A stretch of 64,000 nucleotides of DNA from Eledone cirrhosa (lineage: Eukaryota). Shown one piece after another: positions 55,386-64,000 of the stretch (positions within the stretch are counted from its first letter, which is position 1; each line of letters opens with the position of its first letter). The notes beneath the pieces were generated by a model. That model had not been told where the DNA came from. It did no database searches and saw only the letters and a program-made list of their open reading frames with translations. Both the position numbers and the translations under genes were made by a program. The stretch lies in NCBI GenBank assembly GCA_964016885.1, contig OZ024753.1:43772001-43836000 (forward strand), in the 5' to 3' direction.

Positions 55386-55505
55386 AAAGTCTGGGTATGA
55401 ATCAAAGAAAAGGGTAATCAATTCGCAACATAGAAGATGAGATAATTTACATTAACATTTTGACTTATTGGTTATTGGTCACAAATACGAGCAGCACTTC
55501 CAGAT

Positions 55506-55546
<41 letters not shown>

Positions 55547-55791
55547 ATAATAAGAAATGTGAAGACTAAAATCCAAAGAGGGCTCGATAAGGATTAATAT
55601 ATATATATATAAGAATTGAAATACTAGAGTGTGTTGGAGTTAAACACCCTCTTCATATTATAGAAATGACAGTAAAGGTATAGCTCAATGTAATTAAACA
55701 GAGCCGAAGAATTATGAAAATAAACCAAAGAAGCCTTCAATACATCAAAAGTCTTTATTAGCCAACAAATATATATATATATATATATATA

Positions 55792-56251
55792 TGAAAAGTT
55801 ATATTTAAAATTGTTGGGTTACAACTAGTAAATATTTATAACTGATATAAAAGCACTCGACAAATATTTGGAGTATATTTACAATATTAAATAAATGGAA
55901 ACTATATTTATAAAACCATATTTATTTCATTATATATATTTCAGGGATATCATATTAACAATATGCTATGCCTTCCTCAGACAAAATACAATATAAACAG
56001 TTTTATAGATAAATAGATTCGACATACCGTAATAACATCGACTTGCATTTGAAGAGGTTGATATGCCATATCAACCTCTTCAAATGCAAGTCGATGTTAT
56101 TACGGTATGTCGAATCTATTTATCTATAAAACTGTTTATATTGTATTTTGTCTGAGGAAGGCATAGCATATTGTTAATATGATATCCCTGAAATATATAT
56201 AATGAAATAAATATGGTTTTATAAATATAGTTTCCATTTATTTAATATTGT
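55792..56251. mobile_element. Element P1 as a foldback: perfect 185-bp arms with a 1-nt spacer
   Basis: Arms 55881-56065 and 56067-56251; 55792-56065 is the reverse-complement homologue of 1415-1689; (TA)n on both sides. Confidence 0.85.
56144..56209 (+). ncRNA. Type I hammerhead motif (P1); mirror copy on the minus strand at 55923-55988
   Basis: TATTTTGT-CTGAGGA-AGGcATAgCATATT(gtt)AATATGaTATcCCT-GAAA-TATATA-TA-ATGAAATA; all core bases present and three helices. Confidence 0.7.
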
Positions 56252-56253
56252 GT

Positions 56254-56290
<37 letters not shown>

Positions 56291-56309
56291 TTGTGTTTGT
56301 ATGTTAATA

Positions 56310-56880
56310 TATAATCAAAATGGCTGACTGAATACACACGTTTTTTTTCTCCCAAGATGTTTTCCTTTGCTGTGACCAGTCTTTTTTCTCTTCCCTTGCT
56401 GCTATCCTCTCTCTCTCTCCCTTCTCTCTCTCCTTCTCCCTCTTATTTTCAATAACCCCCTCTGCTAGTCACCCTCTCTCGGCTAGCCTCTTCCTCACAC
56501 TTTCACTCACTCAGTCTCTGCTACTCACCCTCTCTCACTTCCTCCATCGTCCGACACTGTACGCGGTCTTTCTTCTCGCTCACACTGCTACGGTCAAGAC
56601 GCTGTCTTTTTCTCCTCATCAATATTCGCCTGTTCTTATGTTCGAGATGAATTATTGACTTGATATTTTTTCCTTCTTTCCTCTCTTTACGTTGCTTCAC
56701 CCTTCGTGTCTGTTTACATGTCTTTCTCTTTCTCCACCCACTTCTTTTTATCCCAATAACTTACTTTAGTTATTGATTCGCCCTAGGCTGAGGTATCTTG
56801 TCTCTAACGCGAAGAAATACCTATGATGCCTGGTAGACAACTGATGACCGATAATCCTAACTTCTAATTTCTAATTTTTC
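56310..56880 (+). mobile_element. Pyrimidine-rich TA-embedded interspersed repeat (family P4)
   Basis: Starts GGCTGACTGAATACACAC, shared in reverse complement with 45075-45110; flanked by TA tracts. Confidence 0.5.
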
Positions 56881-56926
56881 ATTATATATATATTATATAT
56901 GTGTAAACATGTATATATATATGTAA

Positions 56927-56952
<26 letters not shown>

Positions 56953-56957
<5 letters not shown>

Positions 56958-57093
56958 GAAGGAAATGTGGTAAGGAACCAGATGGACCATCACGCACCAA
57001 AGTACTCAATACTTAGGGTAGTAGAGTGGGTAATAGTCCAGAATTAGCCGTCGAAATGGCTTGAGCTCAGCCGTCGGGGTCCTACTCATTCCT
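56953..57093. mobile_element. TA-embedded element P2, rearranged copy (inverted 3' part followed by 5' part)
   Basis: 56953-57035 is the reverse complement of 63860-63943; 57034-57093 matches 63801-63861. Confidence 0.8.
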
Positions 57094-58271
57094 ATATATA
57101 TATATATGTAAACATATATATATATGTGTGTGTATATTCATTGCCATATTGTCTCTTCTTATATTCTACATTAACTTATACATAATTGTTCTATATTAGT
57201 TTGGTTACCATGATGGTGCCATAATTTTAACATGTGGGAAACCTTTTCTGTATCATTTACAGAAATACTGATTTCTTTTTGAGTATCACTCATTTAAGTA
57301 TACGGTGGAGGGGACACACACACACAAACGAGAAGAAAGAACAGTAATGACATGAGAATCAATCACAAAGATTCCTCAAAAGAAACTTCTTACCTGACGT
57401 TACAAGAACTTAATTTGAAATAAGTTAATAGAATTAAACCAATGTGTTTTAGATGTGGGTAGTTATTTACAATTAAACCCAATTTGATTTTAAGTAGCTT
57501 GCTCATTTACTGATAAATGGTATTCATGAAACAACATGAATATTTTCTCTGAAATCAAAATTAATTACCTTCAAAAAGAGATTTGCATGTCTGTTACAAT
57601 TTGGGATAATTCACAAAGAAAGGATTTTAATGAGTGTTTTCTATATTTATTTTATATATGTTTTAGATTTGTTTTTTCTAAGAAATAAAATTACTAAATC
57701 TTTTCATAAAAAAACTCTCACATGATACTTCTTACATTCAGTGTTTACTTTAACTTACATTCAGCAGATTTAGCAGCAACTCAAACAGGGGATTACACAA
57801 TTGAATGTCTTATATGGTTTCATACTTATGTTTAACACCTTTGAGTCCAATTGACTTGAAATTGTTACCAGTTCTAAGACAGACAGTTCTGTATGAGCAA
57901 GACATGATCACCTTCTGATCTGACTTGTTTCACAACTGGACAACTCTTCTAATCCATGCTAACATGGAAAAATTGACGTTAAACAGTGTGATGATGATGA
58001 TGATTCTGTGTTGAAATCTTACTCAGCTTATCTTTCATTCTTTTTTTCTAGATGTAATCAAATAAAAGTACCAGTAATAAACAGGGGACCATTTTGTTGG
58101 CTGGATCCACCCCTTTCAAATAAAGTTGATTTCATACGTAAGTAAAGACATTACTAATATTGTTTATTAAAATTGATGTTGATGTGATTACATTTGTTAA
58201 TACTGTTGCAATTATTTTTGCTGTTATCGTTATAAAGAAATACCATATATTAAACTGACTTATAATAAAGT

Positions 58272-58472
58272 AGAGGTACATGGCTTAGTGGTTAGAGAAT
58301 TGAATTCACACTTATGAGGTTTTGAGTTCAATTCCAGAACCAAGTGATGTGTTATGTCCTTGAGCAAGACATTTTATTTCATGTTGCTCCTTCTACCAGG
58401 AGTTATGACTGGTAGATAGTATCTGCAATGGAAAGACCAATAGAAACATTGTTTAATTGGTCTGATTTGATG
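58272..58472 (+). mobile_element. SINE B2 (older copy)
   Basis: Colinear with 18340-18545. Confidence 0.8.
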
Positions 58473-59515
58473 ACTTCCACCCCAACTCAGTAAGCAAATG
58501 AGGTCTGGGAACTTGTCAATCATTTCCTGTTCATAGTTAAGTACACAAACGTATGCACACATAAATGCCTATATACCTACATACATATATACATACATAG
58601 CTCCTTATAGCCATATATACCTACGTACATATACACACATATACATACCTACATATAAATATATGTACAGTCACACACATAAATCCTCATATGTATATCT
58701 ACCTACACACTCACATACACATAATTGCTCATATGCATATCTACATACACATACACTCACCCACACATGTGCTCACACAAAAACACACACATATGCTCAC
58801 ACACACACACACACACACACACATACGCTCACACACACAGCCATTTCCACATCCTTCATCTTTTATTTCTGATCTTGGCCAAAACAACAACAACAACCTC
58901 CATCAAAACTTTTTCCTTCTTGGGAGATATTTGATATGAAAGAAACAAATGATAGAAAAATCTGTCTTAGTTTCACATGACAAAAACACATCAAAACAAA
59001 ACAAACAAACAAACAAAGAAACATATAAAAAAAAACAAAAGGGAAGAAAGAACAATAACAAAAATATCACAAAACAAACTATAAAATAAGGAAGAAATTG
59101 GCATAGACCCACTAGCTGACAAATGACAAAGTGATGCTTGATTTCATTTAGAATCCAAACATTCTTGTTTCCAACAATACCGATTATTTTCAACTTGGCA
59201 CTAGAAGAAACAAATAAACACTTCACTTAAGCTGCTATATTTTTATTCTCCACATTCTCTTCTTCAGCAAGTTTCTTGTTTGTTTTTTTTCTTTTTTGGT
59301 ATAATGTTATTTTAAACTTTATTCTTCATCAAACTATGCCAAGTTGGCCTTTTTCATGAGGACATGCTTCCTTCCTGGTATAAATCATAGTTAGCTTGGA
59401 GAAAAGAAGAAGAAAATTATAGTTTCTTGAAATTTTCTCTAAAAATTATGTAACTTTGAAATGTTTTGGTCGCAGAATTAGATCTTCCATACACACACAC
59501 GCACACATATATATG

Positions 59516-59557
<42 letters not shown>

Positions 59558-59737
59558 GCTGTTTATTTATCTAGCAGTTTATCCTACTATTTCTCTCCAT
59601 ATATATATATATATATATATAAGTATATATTACACAAAGAGAAGTGTGTTACACAGTGAGATGTGTGTAAAGAATTATTACGAGTGATTTTACCGTTACT
59701 GTATACTATATATATATATATATGTATATTTTACCGT

Positions 59738-59773
<36 letters not shown>

Positions 59774-59990
59774 CATATAATTATATGTATATAACATAAG
59801 CCAAAATCTTGTATAGGTATATTAGAGACAAATAACTTTGTTTGATTTGATATGTATCTATATATGTGTGTGTATATATATATATGTATATATGTGTATA
59901 TATATATGTATATATATATATATGTATATATATATGTGTGTGTGTATATATGTGTATATATATATGTATATATATATATATGTATATATA

Positions 59991-60021
<31 letters not shown>

Positions 60022-60080
60022 GTGTATATATATGTGTGTGTATATATATATATATATGTGTGTATATATATATATATGTG

Positions 60081-60138
<58 letters not shown>

Positions 60139-60313
60139 GTATATATATATATATATATATATGTGTATATATATATATGTGTATATATACATATGTGTAT
60201 GTATATGTATATGTGTATATATATATATGTATATATATATATATGTATATATATATGTGTATATATATATGTATATATATATATATGTATATATATATGT
60301 GTATATATATATG

Positions 60314-60371
<58 letters not shown>

Positions 60372-61058
60372 GACACACATGTAGAAAACTACATTCATAC
60401 ATTCCTTTGTATCAACTCGATATGATTATCATCAAAAGTTTTCCATAATTTTTTTCCCTAGCTGGCATAGAATACAAGGGATTGTTGTACACCATAATAC
60501 CTCATATCATTGCAATCTTACATCATTATTTCTTCCATGAGTTCCAGCATCCTGATATCTGATCAACGTTGTATTCTTTTCATGTCTCCCACTTCACCCC
60601 CACCCCCCCTTATGGCTAGTCTCCACTTTCTCTCTATAACTCTTCTCTTTTTTGGTTTCTGGGTATATTTTGTTTATTGTTAATTCACATCACATATGTT
60701 CATATTAGTGCAGTTATGCACCCACACAAGCACACACATAGACACACACACAAGCACACAGACAAACACACAAGCACACAAGCACACGCACACAAGCACA
60801 CGCACACACAGACACAAGCACACACACAAAAGCACAGACAGACAAGCACACACACACAAGCACACACACCCACACAAGCACACACACCCACACAAACACA
60901 CACCCATACACACAAGCACACAAATAGACAAACGCACACCCACACACACAAGCACACAGACAGACAAATGCACACCCACACACACAAGCACACAGACACA
61001 CACACACCAACTCATAGACACACATACACGCATATACATACATATATATATATATATA

Positions 61059-61280
61059 TACGATATTAAACAAATGGAAACTATATTTATAAAACCATAT
61101 TTATTTTGTTATATATATTTCTGGGATATCATATTAAAAATATGGTATGCCTTCCTCAGACAAAATACAATACATAAGCTGTTTTATAAATAATTAGTGA
61201 CATACCTTGTAATAATGCAACTTCCTTTTAAAAAGTTGGTTACTCGTTGTAACCCAACAATCTTAAATAAAACTTTTGCA
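61059..61280. mobile_element. Element P1 with 5' inversion; hammerhead motif on the minus strand at 61102-61167
   Basis: 61059-61238 is the reverse complement of 1415-1598; 61240-61280 is a direct match to 1649-1689; stem I is a perfect TATTTTGT/ACAAAATA. Confidence 0.8.
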
Positions 61281-63380
61281 TATATATATATATATGTATT
61301 TTTTATTGCACTTCCCCTGATGAAATATGAACGAGAATCATGTGGTTGTGAAGTGAACACCCAACCACTCAGCCCTTTCTGAACCTCTACACACACACAC
61401 AGAGAAATACTGGCTCAAATATTTAAACACACGTGTGTAGTATGATTAACTACTGTAAATTGGTTGGTGTTAGGAAGGGCATCCAGTTGTAGAAAACCTG
61501 CCAGATAGTCCTATATGAGCGAGACATGGTCACCCGACCAACCTTGCCTCAAGTGGGACAACTCCCATCTAACCCATGCTAGCGTGGAAGATGGACATTA
61601 AACGATGATGATGATGATGAAGATGATGATGATGATATACGTCAATATAAGCTGAGGAATATGTGACCAAAAACTTGATGCCAAAATTGGGGTTGGCTTA
61701 TAAGCGAGGTAGCTACCTGTTATTTAGGGGGATTTACTAAAATTATTATTTCATTATTACGATGGTATTTCAAAGATATCAAAAGGTTGTGGGTATATAT
61801 ATAGATATATAAAATAAGAACAAAAAACCGATATATATGTCTGTGTGTATATGTATATAAATCAGATGTTTTCTTTTGTCAATGTTGGTCCTGTCTCATG
61901 GAATCATGAATATGTTCTTTATATGGTAACCAATGCAAGAATCTCTTGTATTAAAAAGAAATAGATGTCTTTCAAACAGTATTTATGGCAGTTATTAAAT
62001 AAATTTAACTGATTCTATTCAAAATTTACTTTCTAAAGTGACAATTGTCGCAAAAATTCTTCTGTGTCTGCTGAGAGAACAATAATAAAAACAATTTGGT
62101 TTTTTTAATCAGAATGTTGTGCGTAGATAGTGTGTCTTTATTTACTAAATCTTAATTTAATTGTCTGATTTGATTGGTAAAGTGCTGATTAAAATATGTA
62201 TAAAATTACTCACTTGTCACATGGGTAAACAAATACAGAGTCACTTGAAACGGTTCTTTTTCTTTCAGAAGTGAATCTAAATCATGAAAAGATATAGAAG
62301 AAAAAATACAGCATCATATCATCATCATCATTGTTTAACAACCTTTTCCTCTCCTAACAAGTTTTATACTGGCTGCCATATATATATATATATGAAAAGA
62401 TTCAGGACCCTGAAGGCTGGGCTACGATCGTTTCAGCAGCTAGATCTGAACTAAAGCGCCAGTATATATTCTATATATTATATATATATATTATATATAT
62501 ATTATATATATATATTATATATATATATTATATATATATTATATATATATATTATATATATATATTATATATATATTATATATATATTATATATATATAT
62601 ATTATATATATTATATATATATATATTATATATTATATATATTATATATATATATTATATATTATATATATATATATTATATATATATTATATTATATAT
62701 ATTATATATATATATATTATATATATTATATATATTATATATATATATTATATATATATATATATTATATATATATATTATATATTATATATATTATATA
62801 TATATATATTATATATATATATTATATATATATATATATTATATATATATATATATATTATGTATATATATATATATATATTTATTATGTATATATTATA
62901 TATATATATATATATTATGTATATCTATATTATATATATAAATATAGACCCATACATATATACATATGTCTAGTGCGTTGAATAGTTTTCTGTAGTGTGT
63001 ACAGTTCAAGGTAAGAAGAGTAAGTTATCGGGAGCTGAGGAGGGGAAACTAGAATATAATAAAATACAATAAACGAGATAAAACTTGTTTAAAAAATAGA
63101 ATTGTTTTGTGTCTAGGTGAAGGTAGAGGTGTAGAAAGATGAGTGTGTGATAGTTAATGCTAGAATTGAAATTAGGGTTAGTTAGAATTAGGGTTAGAGT
63201 TCGTATATCTATCAATGCAACAGTTTCTTATGAAGGGAGTTTAGTCCTGAAATATTAAAACAGGTAAATACAATAACAGGTAGAAAAGTTACATCTTTGT
63301 TGCCTTCAATTTATTCCAAAATATATATACATATGTATTTATATATGTGTGTGTGTATATATATGTGTGTATGTGTATAT

Positions 63381-63726
63381 CATCATCATCATCATCATTT
63401 CATTTTACGTCCGCTTTTTCCCTGCTTGCAAGGGTGGGACGGGAACTGATTCTGGCTTGATTTCTACAGCTGGATGCCCTTCCTAACACCAACCTCATTT
63501 ACAGTGAGTGCTGGGTGCTTTTTTGCCGTGGCACCTCCACGACCACTTTACAGTGGAATGATATGGACCCCAGTCCCTATCATCTCATTTCTACAGCTGA
63601 GTAAACTGGAGCAATGTGAAATAAAGTGTCTTGCTCAAGGAAACAACACATCACCCGGTCTGAGAATTGAACTCACAACCTTTCGATTGCAAGGCCAATG
63701 CTCTAACCACTAAGCCATGTGCCTCC
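63381..63726 (-). mobile_element. SINE B1 with a swapped RTE LINE 3' tail
   Basis: Body matches 24802-25133 with an internal deletion; 63401-63443 matches 44059-44100. Confidence 0.9.
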
Positions 63727-63762
63727 ATATATATATGTATACATATGTGTGTGTGTATATAT

Positions 63763-63943
63763 AGCTCGGCTATTCATTTACCAGGATAAAAATTTTCATT
63801 TAGTCCAGAATTAGCCGTCGAAACGGCTTGAGCTCAGCCGTCGGGGTCCTACTCGTTCCTATTACCCACTCTACTACCCTAAGTATTGAGTACTTTGGTG
63901 CGTTATGGTCCATCTGGTTCCTTACCACATTTCCTTCGTTATA
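63763..63943 (+). mobile_element. TA-embedded element P2 carrying the 3' part of a hammerhead
   Basis: CGGCTA..TAGCCG stem II, then GAAA-CGGCT(TGAGCTC)AGCCG-TC-GGGG; the CTGANGA half is missing at the TA boundary. Confidence 0.7.
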
Positions 63944-64000
63944 TATATATATATACATATGTGTGTGTATATATATATATATACATATGTGTGTGTATAT

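Noticed and set aside
63165-63200. Interstitial telomere (TTAGGG words; similar near 34120)
   Set aside because: Only isolated hexamers, not an array.

Overview
AT-rich eukaryotic non-coding DNA, intronic or intergenic. The repeat content (tRNA-derived SINEs with RTE-type (GAT)n tails, RTE LINE fragments, very long TA/CA/TC/CAT microsatellites) looks like an Octopus (coleoid cephalopod) genome; this assignment is my inference from recalled repeat families. I found no recognisable host protein-coding gene. Nearly all long ORFs in the track are translations of microsatellites or minisatellites, and the only real protein homology is to RTE-clade LINE ORF2 C-termini (44063-44854 minus, 8600-9460 plus, 10741-10978 plus). 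The window holds about 30 SINE copies from two modular families (several with intact TSDs and nested insertions), hAT-, pogo/Tc1- and piggyBac-like MITEs, and about 10 minisatellites. The most interesting signal is a set of short non-coding elements embedded in (TA)n tracts. They carry complete or half type-I hammerhead ribozyme motifs with palindromic stem III and repeatedly show an inverted segment at their 5' end, including a perfect 371-bp palindrome with a hammerhead on each strand. This architecture fits non-autonomous Penelope-like or retrozyme-like retroelements. A further stand-alone hammerhead candidate lies at 45284-45344. All structures were folded by eye, and family names are from recall rather than database searches.
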